A program made the position numbers and the translations under genes. The notes beneath the pieces were generated by a model. The model worked only from the letters and a program-made list of their open reading frames with translations, was not told the DNA's origin and ran no database searches. Shown here one piece after another: positions 46,698-55,473 of a stretch of 64,000 nt of DNA; within the stretch, counting starts at the first letter, position 1; each line of letters begins with the position of its first letter. Origin of the DNA: an uncultured archaeon (GTDB lineage Archaea; Iainarchaeota; Iainarchaeia; Iainarchaeales; 1-14-0-10-31-34); NCBI GenBank assembly GCA_964608675.1, contig CAZSOZ010000005.1, forward strand, positions 1 through 64,000, written 5' to 3'.

Positions 46698-47543
46698 TCA
46701 CTTAACAAATCCCTTAATTTTTCTGGCTGAATTGTTTTCTGCAAGCAAAACCGATTCAGTTAATTTCACTTTAAATCCTTTTGATTTCAGGAAACCAATT
46801 AAAAAAAGCATGTTGTTTTTTCTTTCATCAAGGTTATGGCATTCCATTGCAATTCTCTTGATTTTTCTGAAGCATGAATCAGGAAGTCTGTAAAGAACTT
46901 TGTATTCAGCTCCTTCAATATCAATTTTAAGGAAATCGCAGTAACTTATTTTATTTAATTTAAATATTTCATTCAGAGTAACTGAATTAACTTCAATAAA
47001 ATTTTTTTTGTTAAACCCTTTTGACTTAATAAACTGGTTTGTATATTTATTTTTGTTTTTTTCTTCAAAACCGTAAACTGAATGGCCTCCGGAATGGTTT
47101 TCAGACAAAAAAATTCTTTCTTTTCCTTTTTTGTCTGAAACCGCCAGATTAAAAGGAAAAATTTTGTCTTCAAGATTATTTGATTCAATGTTTTTTTTCA
47201 GAATTTTAAAGTTTTCTGCCACTGGTTCAAAAGAAAACACTTTAACTGCTTTTTTTGATGCAAAAACAGAAAAAAATCCTGCTTGTGCACCCAAATCAAT
47301 TACCACAGAACCTGATTCAATGATGTTTATTCCGTACTGGTCTTCTAAAACTGTTTCTGTAAACAAATATTTATCCACTGTTTTTGTGCGCATTGTGAAT
47401 AAAAGCCCGTCTTTCATTTTAAGATTCAAAGGTTTTTTTTTGGTTAACTCTAAATAGTTGAAGAAATAATCCTGCCAGTTTTTTATTAATTTGATTACAG
47501 TTATTCCGCGCTTAATTTCTTCAATTAAAAAAGCTCCTTTCAT
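46698..47543 (-). CDS. FkbM-family methyltransferase
   Basis: IDLGAQAG.FS, FEPV..NF, LKIDIEGAE. Confidence 0.85.
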   Translation of the reverse strand: MKGAFLIEEIKRGITVIKLIKNWQDYFFNYLELTKKKPLNLKMKDGLLFTMRTKTVDKYLFTETVLEDQYGINIIESGSVVIDLGAQAGFFSVFASKKAVKVFSFEPVAENFKILKKNIESNNLEDKIFPFNLAVSDKKGKERIFLSENHSGGHSVYGFEEKNKNKYTNQFIKSKGFNKKNFIEVNSVTLNEIFKLNKISYCDFLKIDIEGAEYKVLYRLPDSCFRKIKRIAMECHNLDERKNNMLFLIGFLKSKGFKVKLTESVLLAENNSARKIKGFVK

Positions 47544-47556
47544 TCAAACACTTGCT

Positions 47557-48852
47557 TTATTTTAAAACATTTTTAATTTTCTCTAAATCAGAAAACTTTA
47601 TTTTAATTTCTTTTCCTGTTTGCATGTTTTTCAGGGAAAATTCTTTTGCCGTGAATTCTTTTTCCCCTAAAACAACAGCAAAAGGAATCCCTTGTTTAGA
47701 GACAAAATCCAAATTCTTTGAAATGCTTCTGTTAAGCAAATCCATTTCAGTTTTAATGCCCAAACCCCTGATTTTTTCAGCTAAACTAACTGCATTAACT
47801 GAATTATTAATTGGAATTACAAATATTTTGGTTACTGTTTTCTTGCTTTCAATTCCTTTGTTTTCTAATTCATCTAAAATTCTTTCCAAGCCAAAAGAAA
47901 TTCCTACAGCAGGAAATTCTTTGTCTTTTCCAGAAATCAATCCAATCATTTTATTGTATCTTCCGCCGCCGCCAACAGAACTTTTAATTTTTCCTTTTTT
48001 TAAAAGGATTTCAAAAATCGGGCCTGTGTAATACGCCAAACCGCGAACAAGATTCGGAGTTATGTATAAGTTAGTTATTTTGTATTGTTTTGACAAGTCT
48101 AAAATTTCTTTTAATTCTTTTATTCCTGTTTTTCCTTCTTCTGATTTAACTTTTTTTTCTAATTTTTTTAGTATTTCTTCATTGCTTGCTTTCAATTCAA
48201 TTAATTCAAATATTTCTTTCATTTTTTTTTCTTCAATGCCTTTTTCTTTTAACTCTTTTTCTATTTCTTTTTTTGGCTGTTTATCCAGTTTATCTATTGC
48301 CAATAAAACAGGCAGAACTTTTTCTTTTTCTATTCCAATTTCTGTCATTAATCCATTCAATAATTTTCTGTTGTTTAAACGTATTTCTACCTCCAGTTTC
48401 AGTTCTTTAAAAACTTTTTCAGCTATTTTAATTATTTCTATATCTGCCTGCATTGATTTTGTTCCAATTATATCGGCATCACATTGATAGAATTCCCTGT
48501 ATCTTGCGGTTGTTGTTGGCCCGTCTCTAAAAACTCTTTCAATTTGGTATCTTTTAAAAGGCATTCTTAAATTTGAATTCATTGCAATTACTCGTGCTAA
48601 TGGAACAGTCAAATCATACTTTAATCCTAATTTTCTTTTTCCTTGGTCTTCAAACGAAAAAATTTCTTTTAGTATTTCTTCTCCTCCGGCATACTTTGAA
48701 TTTAATACTTCAAATCTTTCAAATACAGGGGTTTCTATTGGGGAATAACCATATAATTCAAATACTTTTTTTATTTTTTCAATTATTTCCTGTTTCATAA
48801 TTTGTTTTTCCGGCAGGAAATCTCTTGTTCCTTTTGGTTGCATTAATTCCAT
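47557..48852 (-). CDS. hisS: histidyl-tRNA synthetase
   Basis: PKGTRDF, YDLTVPLAR, REFYQCD, RGLAYYTG, GGGRY; next to tRNA-His. Confidence 0.95.
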   Translation of the reverse strand: MELMQPKGTRDFLPEKQIMKQEIIEKIKKVFELYGYSPIETPVFERFEVLNSKYAGGEEILKEIFSFEDQGKRKLGLKYDLTVPLARVIAMNSNLRMPFKRYQIERVFRDGPTTTARYREFYQCDADIIGTKSMQADIEIIKIAEKVFKELKLEVEIRLNNRKLLNGLMTEIGIEKEKVLPVLLAIDKLDKQPKKEIEKELKEKGIEEKKMKEIFELIELKASNEEILKKLEKKVKSEEGKTGIKELKEILDLSKQYKITNLYITPNLVRGLAYYTGPIFEILLKKGKIKSSVGGGGRYNKMIGLISGKDKEFPAVGISFGLERILDELENKGIESKKTVTKIFVIPINNSVNAVSLAEKIRGLGIKTEMDLLNRSISKNLDFVSKQGIPFAVVLGEKEFTAKEFSLKNMQTGKEIKIKFSDLEKIKNVLK

Positions 48853-48936
48853 GTCAAATCACTTTTTTTGTTTTTGCATAACAAAAACCTTTCTTTTGAA
48901 CAGCTTGCATTTTTCTTTTTGAAAGAAAAAGAGCAG

Positions 48937-49010
48937 GGCCGCGACCGGGATTCGAACCCGGCTCTGGGGATCCACAGTCCCCTATCCTAAACCACTGGAC
49001 GACCGCAGCC
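48937..49010 (-). tRNA. tRNA-His(GTG) with encoded G-1
   Basis: G-GCTGCGG/TCGCGGC-C, GGGGA-CT-GTG-GA-TCCCC, GGTTCGAATCC. Confidence 0.93.
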
Positions 49011-49184
49011 ATTAATTGAATGAATTTTAAGCTGGAAAAATTTTTTATTTGGATTGCATTCTGGAAAGTATTTAAATAATTAGCAGAATAATTGTCTGTT
49101 ATGAACTCGATCACTTTTCATGGCAATCAATAATATTTGAGTTATGTAGTTATTAAAAAGCCTTTGTCTGCGTTTTTTATTTAT

Positions 49185-49294
49185 GGCTCCATGGTGTAAT
49201 GGATTAGCATCACAGCTTGCGGTAAACTTTTAGAAAAAGTTTAATCAAAAGTTGCAATAAGCTGTTGGCCAGGGTTCAATTCCCTGTGGGGCCG
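49185..49294 (+). tRNA. tRNA-Arg(GCG) with 37-nt intron (49223-49259)
   Basis: ACAGC-TT-GCG-G|A-GCTGT; BHB TTGC/GCAA with GGT and TAA bulges. Confidence 0.88.
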
Positions 49295-49353
49295 TCCGAG
49301 CTGCTTCTCGGAAGGGAGCGCACCATTTCGCTTTGCTTATGGCACTGCAATAA
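49295..49353 (+). repeat. tRNA trailer element copy 1
   Basis: TCCGAGCTGCTYCTCGGAAGGGAGCG + hairpin + ACTGCAATAA; copy 2 at 49541-49592. Confidence 0.8.
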
Positions 49354-49456
49354 GCTAATTATTTTTAAATTCAATTGAATTAAGTTTTTTTTATGCAGTT
49401 CGGCTGAGTGCAAGCGAATGCCGTGCTCTGTGTTAAACCGGCGGAACGGTTTTTTT

Positions 49457-49540
49457 GCAGGAGTAGCGAAGCGGTCAAACGTGCTGGCTTCAGGGGCCAG
49501 TGGCTTAGTGCCTTCGGGGGTTCGAATCCTCCCTCCTGCA
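49457..49540 (+). tRNA. tRNA-Leu(CAG)
   Basis: GCAGGAG/CTCCTGC acceptor, CTGGC-TT-CAG-GG-GCCAG, long variable arm. Confidence 0.93.
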
Positions 49541-49592
49541 TCCGAGCTGCTCCTCGGAAGGGAGCGTCCGGCATAAAGCCGGACTGCAATAA
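49541..49592 (+). repeat. tRNA trailer element copy 2
   Basis: First 26 bp are 25/26 identical to 49295-49320. Confidence 0.8.
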
Positions 49593-49687
49593 AATGCATT
49601 AAAGTTTTATTTAATGCATTTCTTTTGTGTTATTCTGTCTGTTCGCGATGTAGGGCATGCTGTTTGTTTTATTTGATAGCCATTGCA

Positions 49688-50674
49688 TTATCTGTTAACT
49701 GCCATGCTGTAAACTTGTTCAATTATTAGTCCATACACTATTGTAAGAACATAAAAAATTGTGTTTGACAACAAAAGGAAAACTGAAAAAACTGCAAAAC
49801 CCATCATTAACCATAATAAGTCTGTTATTATTCCAAATAAAGGCATTTGTTGTTTTACTCCTTCTAACACGCTTTCTAGTTGTTCGTTTGATAAATCTTG
49901 TTCTTTTTGTATTTCTTGTTCTACTAATTTTTTGTATTCTTCTGAATCAAGGTAGTCTTTTTGTATTAATACTGCCTGATAAAATAAAATTGCGTTTGGG
50001 TCTGAAGAATTTTCTAATGCCTGAAATTGAGGTAATTCAATTATTTGTTTTGCTGTTTGTTTTTGGGTTTTAATTATTGCTTCTGTAAACATGTCTGTTA
50101 ATTGCTGGGTTGTTTGTTCTCCTCCGGCTATTTTTAGTAATTGTTCGTCAATTTGTTTTTCGTACATTTCTTGGTTGTTGTAAACAGTTAAGGCTGTAAT
50201 CAAAAAAAACCCTAATGCAAGTATTGTTCCGGTTTTATGAATTCCTGTTCCAAGAAGCCTTATTGAAACATATTTTTTTAATTCAAGTTTTTTTACGTGA
50301 ATTAATTCAACTGCTAACGCTAAGCCAATTAAATAAAATATTCCTGCAAGGAAGTATTCCTGTAAACCTGAAAATAAAAGCATTGAAATAATTAATCCTG
50401 TTATTGTTCCTCCTAAAGAAACAATAAATGAATTAAGTTTGTTTTCTTCTGTTTTTGCATGAATTGCAGTTAATGCAATTGTTATTGGAAAAAGAAAAAC
50501 AAAAAACAGGAATTCACTTGTTTTTAAAATTGAAATCACTTGATTTATTTCATTTAAATCAAGGATTTTTGTAAGAGTTAATCCTGATGCATTAAGAAAA
50601 TAACTCCATAAAATAACACTTAAAAGTATTCCTGCCATGAAAGCAAAATTTTTTTTAGTTAAATTTAATTTCAT
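49688..50674 (-). CDS. hypothetical polytopic membrane protein
   Basis: Several TMs with a helical extracellular loop; coupled to the upstream gene. Confidence 0.6.
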   Translation of the reverse strand: MKLNLTKKNFAFMAGILLSVILWSYFLNASGLTLTKILDLNEINQVISILKTSEFLFFVFLFPITIALTAIHAKTEENKLNSFIVSLGGTITGLIISMLLFSGLQEYFLAGIFYLIGLALAVELIHVKKLELKKYVSIRLLGTGIHKTGTILALGFFLITALTVYNNQEMYEKQIDEQLLKIAGGEQTTQQLTDMFTEAIIKTQKQTAKQIIELPQFQALENSSDPNAILFYQAVLIQKDYLDSEEYKKLVEQEIQKEQDLSNEQLESVLEGVKQQMPLFGIITDLLWLMMGFAVFSVFLLLSNTIFYVLTIVYGLIIEQVYSMAVNR

Positions 50675-53124
50675 TTTTGTTCTCCCTCTTTTTTGTTTAA
50701 TATTATGGTAATTGCAATTAATAGGATTAAGATATTTATAAAGTTTGTTTCCGGAACTTTTATCTGCTGCATTGCCTGTTCATTGTAATTAAAGGTTGTT
50801 CTTCTGGTGTTCATAGAAGTATTTATTTCTCCTTGTGCTTTTGCTGTAGCATACACCCAGTAATTTTTTTGTCCTTCTAAGTTTGTCTGTAAGTCAGCTG
50901 AAGACACAACTAAAACAAAATCTTTTCTTCCTTCTCCTTGTGAATAAGGAAGAATCTGCTGGTTTACTAATTCCAGTCCTGGAATTAAATTTGGCTGTTC
51001 GTTTATGTTTGAATCAGGAACATTTTCTTTTATTTCAAAATAAATATTAAAGTCTTGCACTTCATTTGTTGCGTTTTCTATTCTTGCTGTTATTTCAAGG
51101 TTTTCTTCTTGTTTTATTATTTCAGGATTTACAGATAATTTTGCTATATTAATTAAATCTTTTATTTGAATTTGATTTATTTTTATTTCTGCTGAATCAG
51201 AGTTTTCTGCTCCATAATTGTCTTTTACTGTTAATGTTGCTGATGCAGTTCCTGCTTGACTGCAAGTTATTACAGGGTTTTCCTGTATTAGAGTTTGTTG
51301 TATGCAGGGAGTTCCTTTTACATTAATTATTTTCCATTTGTATTCAACTATCATTCCTTCATCTGTGCTTCCAGTTGAATTAAGCGTTATGTTTTCTCCT
51401 TTTACAGCAGTGTATGGTCCGTTTGCTTCTGCTTTTGGAAGAAAGTTTCCTGACAATGAAACATTTATTTCTTTTGAGTCTTGTGCTGTATTATTGAGTA
51501 CATCTGTTATTCTTATTTTTGGATTATGTTTTCCTGCATTGTAAGTGTAAGTCATCCAGTTTTTTGGAGAATTAGTTGTTGTATCAATTGTTCCGTCTCC
51601 GTCAAAATCCCATTCAAATACATATGGGGGAATTCCTGAACTGCATTCACTCCAGTCTCCGCAAACCCAGTCTTCACTGCAAAAGCAGTCTTCATCTATT
51701 TGTTTATTGCAGTTGTCATCTAATGAATTTCCGCATACTTCTTCTGCATTTGGGTTTATTGATGGATTTAAATCATCACAGTCTGTTCCTGAAGAGCAGT
51801 CTGTTGGATGAAATCCATTAAATCCATCTGAATCTAAATCAGAGCAGTTTTCACTTGAATCAATTGTTATTTCTATTTTTGTTGTTTGTTTTGATGGAAT
51901 TGCTGTGTTTTCTGGAATGTAATCTACAAAAAACTCGTATTTGTCTCCAATGTTTCCTGTCGGCATTACATGCCAAGTATTAATGCAGGTTTCTCCTGCA
52001 AGCATATTTGAACAAGTCTGTGGATTTAAATCAGTTGTATAAAAAGGGTTTCCTGAATTCATTGGAATAACTCCTTTTGGAAGAAACTCTGAATAAGTAA
52101 TTATTAATTTAGGTCTTTGATTTGAGCTTGAAGCTTCTTTTGAATAAAATCTAATGTTTCCCATTCCATCATAGTTGTAATATTTCATCATTAATCCATG
52201 ATTGTCTGCTGAATTATTAACCCAGTTTTGAATTAGGTTTGTTATTTCAACTAAATAAGTGTTTGCTGTTGAATTGTTGTCTGGAATAAAAATTGTTTCG
52301 TATGCTGATTCATAATCTGTTCCTGCATTCATGTTTATTGCATCCCATGCAGAAGTATTGTATTCTGCATAATATGCGTTTGCTCCTCCTGCACTATTCC
52401 AGCCTGATGTTGTTTCCCCCCATTCTTTATGTATTTGATGAATGCTTATTGGATCGCCTCCTCTCCATGCAGAAGTTGTTCTTATTTCTAGAAAAGCTTC
52501 AGTTATAATTGTTCCTGTAGGAATTGATGAGACATCAAATTTCATTAAAATCCTGCTGTTTTCATTTATTAATGATAGTCCATCGCTTGTTCCGTAATGC
52601 TGTTCGTTTTCAGCCAAATAAGTGTCTTTTCCTCCTGAATCAATTGAAATTGTTTCTGTTGGATCTAATACTGCCTGTATGTTTCCGCAGTCAAAGTCAT
52701 TGCATTTAACGCTTGTTTGGAATGTAAATAACTGGTTTTGAACTACATTAATGTTTTGAAATGGAAGAAGCTGGTTTATTGTTATTGTTGCTTGTGTTGC
52801 AGGACATGAATCAGGGATGTCTACACAGAAACCCCATGTTCCTGAATTACAGGTTTGAATTCCTGGACAGCCTTCACTTGTACTGCAATTTAATGTGTCT
52901 CCGTCAGTGCATGTCCCGCATGCCTGCAGGATTTCAGGTTTATTGTTTGTTGTTCCGCATTCATTTTTGTCAGTGCATTCTCTTGATTGTATTCCCTGTA
53001 GAATGTTTGCATTTAAATTTACGTCTAATGGTTCATTTCCTGTGTTTGTATTTAAGTCAAGCTGGACTTCTATTGCATGAACCGAACAACAAAATAAAAT
53101 TATTGCAAGCAAAATTTTTTTCAT
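50671..53124 (-). CDS. surface protein: PKD domains, DNRLRE-like domain, Cys/Asp-rich repeats, C-terminal VPETN-TM anchor
   Basis: Signal peptide, WDFDGDG, DTYL..RILMKFD, DCDD.NPSINP.A.E.C. Confidence 0.78.
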   Translation of the reverse strand: MKKILLAIILFCCSVHAIEVQLDLNTNTGNEPLDVNLNANILQGIQSRECTDKNECGTTNNKPEILQACGTCTDGDTLNCSTSEGCPGIQTCNSGTWGFCVDIPDSCPATQATITINQLLPFQNINVVQNQLFTFQTSVKCNDFDCGNIQAVLDPTETISIDSGGKDTYLAENEQHYGTSDGLSLINENSRILMKFDVSSIPTGTIITEAFLEIRTTSAWRGGDPISIHQIHKEWGETTSGWNSAGGANAYYAEYNTSAWDAINMNAGTDYESAYETIFIPDNNSTANTYLVEITNLIQNWVNNSADNHGLMMKYYNYDGMGNIRFYSKEASSSNQRPKLIITYSEFLPKGVIPMNSGNPFYTTDLNPQTCSNMLAGETCINTWHVMPTGNIGDKYEFFVDYIPENTAIPSKQTTKIEITIDSSENCSDLDSDGFNGFHPTDCSSGTDCDDLNPSINPNAEEVCGNSLDDNCNKQIDEDCFCSEDWVCGDWSECSSGIPPYVFEWDFDGDGTIDTTTNSPKNWMTYTYNAGKHNPKIRITDVLNNTAQDSKEINVSLSGNFLPKAEANGPYTAVKGENITLNSTGSTDEGMIVEYKWKIINVKGTPCIQQTLIQENPVITCSQAGTASATLTVKDNYGAENSDSAEIKINQIQIKDLINIAKLSVNPEIIKQEENLEITARIENATNEVQDFNIYFEIKENVPDSNINEQPNLIPGLELVNQQILPYSQGEGRKDFVLVVSSADLQTNLEGQKNYWVYATAKAQGEINTSMNTRRTTFNYNEQAMQQIKVPETNFINILILLIAITIILNKKEGEQK

Positions 53125-53143
53125 TTGATTAAAAAAGGTTTTT

Positions 53144-54526
53144 TTAATTTAAAAGTCTATCCTTTTTGTTTTTTTTTCTGCTGAATTCAAATATCATTAA
53201 AACAGAAATTAATATAACCATTATTCCAATTAAATTTGTTTCAGGAATCTGAAGTTCTTTTACTCCAAAATAATTAAAGATTGTTCTTCTTGTATTCAAT
53301 AAAGTGTTTGCTTCTCCTGAAGAAACAGCTGTAGCATACACCCAATAATTTTTTTGGGTTTTTAGGTTTGCCTGTAAGTCAGCTGAAGAAATCGTGAAAC
53401 TGAAATCTTTTTGTCCGTAAGCAGTATTTATTGTCAGACTGTTTATTGAATCTGAAATTAATTCCGGCAAAGCAGAAATGTTTTTATCAGAAACATTTTC
53501 TTTAATATAATATTTTAAATCAAATGTTTGAGGAACATTTGTCATGTTTCTTGCTTTTACAATTACTGTTAAGTTGTCTCCTGTTTTAATTATTTCTGGT
53601 TCAACTTTAATTTTTGCTATATCCACTTTATTTTCTCTGTAAACAGGCTGGACATTCAATTGAGTTAACGCAAAAGCTCGCCCTCCTCTGTTGTCTCTTA
53701 CTATTAAATAAATCACAGTATTTACAGGATTAATGCAGACAATTTCAGGATTTTTTTTTGTTGAAGAAAAAGGATGGCATGTTCCTGCACCCGGAATGAC
53801 CCAATGATAGTGTGTAATTATTCCGTCAGGATCATAGCTTGCACTTGCATCTAAAGTAAACGGGATTCCTGGTTCTCCAGAATAAGGTCCGCTTGGATCG
53901 GCTACAGGGAGAACGTTTGCTCCAGGAGAATGAACTGTAATCTCTTTGATTGTTTCTTTTTCTTTCATTCTTGTATCCGTTACTTTTATTTTTGCGTTGA
54001 ATACTCCTGGATTTGAATAAGTATGATTCACTGTAATTGAATCAGGGGAATTAAGTGTTGTATCAATTGTTCCGTCTCCGTCAAAATCAACTTCAAATAC
54101 ATATGGTGCTGAACCATTTATGGCTGTTGCATTAAAAATAACAGGCAGTGGAGCAGTTCCTTCTGCTGGATCAGGGTTTGTTGTTGTTGAAAGAGTTAAA
54201 TTATAAACTTTTATTGTTTTAACTGCATTTCTTGTTTCGCTTGCATCTGTTACAGTTAATTTTGCATTAAATTGTCCTGCATTGATGTAATCATAAAATT
54301 CATTGCTTGTAGTTTCCGGATCATTTATTGTTGTTCTTTTATCAATTGTTCCGTCTCCGTCAAAATCCCATTCAAATACATAAGGTCCTGTTCCATTTGA
54401 AACAATTCCTGTGAATTCAATTGTTTCTCCTGCTTCTGCAATTAATGGATTTGCACTTAAATCAATTGTTAAACTATAAGCATTTGAAATAATAAGCAAA
54501 ATAAATAATGCAATTATTTTTTTCAT
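53144..54526 (-). CDS. surface protein with three PKD domains and IPETN-TM anchor
   Basis: Signal peptide, WDFDGDG/VDFDGDG, LDASASYDPDG. Confidence 0.8.
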   Translation of the reverse strand: MKKIIALFILLIISNAYSLTIDLSANPLIAEAGETIEFTGIVSNGTGPYVFEWDFDGDGTIDKRTTINDPETTSNEFYDYINAGQFNAKLTVTDASETRNAVKTIKVYNLTLSTTTNPDPAEGTAPLPVIFNATAINGSAPYVFEVDFDGDGTIDTTLNSPDSITVNHTYSNPGVFNAKIKVTDTRMKEKETIKEITVHSPGANVLPVADPSGPYSGEPGIPFTLDASASYDPDGIITHYHWVIPGAGTCHPFSSTKKNPEIVCINPVNTVIYLIVRDNRGGRAFALTQLNVQPVYRENKVDIAKIKVEPEIIKTGDNLTVIVKARNMTNVPQTFDLKYYIKENVSDKNISALPELISDSINSLTINTAYGQKDFSFTISSADLQANLKTQKNYWVYATAVSSGEANTLLNTRRTIFNYFGVKELQIPETNLIGIMVILISVLMIFEFSRKKNKKDRLLN

Positions 54527-54570
54527 TCTGCAATAAAAAAGGTTGTTCTTCTTTAAATTCTTTGCTTTTG

Positions 54571-55464
54571 CTATTTTGTTGTAATTTTTATTTCTTCTTC
54601 AAATGCAATTATTGTATGTTCTGCCTGGCTTACAAGAATTTCTTTGTCTTCTTTTAGTACTGGATGAGCTTTTAATGCTTCTTTTGAAATTAATTCCCGC
54701 AAAGCTATTTTTGTTTTTGTTTCTCCAAATTCTTTTGTCAGCCATCTTTCTGCAAAAGGAAGCCCTTTGAATTCTTCAATTGATTTTTCAAGTATTTTTC
54801 TTGCATCCATGTTTCTTAATGGAATTGCTTTGCTGAATTCAAAGATTTCTGTTTTTGCTCCTTCTTTTATTCTTCCGTTTCCTGTTGAAGCAAAAGGCTC
54901 TATTGCATAAGCATTTCCGTCTTCTATTTTTCTTGGATCGTTTTTTGAAATATTGGGTATTGCTGGAGGAGCATGCGCTATGTATTTCATTAAACCGTGT
55001 CCTGTTAAATTTTCAACAGGCTTAAATCCAAATCCTTCAATTGTTTTTTCTATTTCTTTTCCTATTTTTCCTAATTCTGTTCCTATTTTAATTAAACTTA
55101 ATGCGTTTTCTAATGCCTGTTCTGAAGCTTCAATTAATTTTCCATTTTCTTTTGAAAAATCCAAGGTAATGCTTGAATCCGCAATAAAGCCTTCAATATG
55201 AACTCCAATATCAATTTTTAAGACATCTTTTTTTTCAATCACTGTCTTGTCATCAAATGAAGGAGTATAATGTGCAGCAAAATTATTCAAAGACAAATTT
55301 ACAGGAAAAGCCATTCCTGCTTCTGCTTCAATTATTTCTTTTTCTATGCTTTCAGCTAAATCCAGTAATTTCATTCCAATTTTAGCTTTTTTTACTGCAT
55401 TTGCTTTAACCTGCTTTAAAACTTTTCCGGCTTTAATATATTTTTCAAATTCTTTTTTTTCCAT
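54571..55464 (-). CDS. map: type II methionine aminopeptidase
   Basis: AAHYTP, KIDIGVHIEG.IADS, NLTGHGL, AIEPFA, SQAEHT. Confidence 0.93.
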   Translation of the reverse strand: MEKKEFEKYIKAGKVLKQVKANAVKKAKIGMKLLDLAESIEKEIIEAEAGMAFPVNLSLNNFAAHYTPSFDDKTVIEKKDVLKIDIGVHIEGFIADSSITLDFSKENGKLIEASEQALENALSLIKIGTELGKIGKEIEKTIEGFGFKPVENLTGHGLMKYIAHAPPAIPNISKNDPRKIEDGNAYAIEPFASTGNGRIKEGAKTEIFEFSKAIPLRNMDARKILEKSIEEFKGLPFAERWLTKEFGETKTKIALRELISKEALKAHPVLKEDKEILVSQAEHTIIAFEEEIKITTK

Positions 55465-55473
55465 TAATATCCT

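Noticed and set aside
48854-49602. ORFs 48854..49114, 49276..49599, 49380..49589 and 49408..49602
   Set aside because: They overlap tRNA-His/Arg/Leu and the hairpin repeats.
51632-52995. BHB-type mRNA intron explanation for the PKD insert
   Set aside because: The flanks can pair, but both bulges fall on one strand, so no BHB could be drawn.
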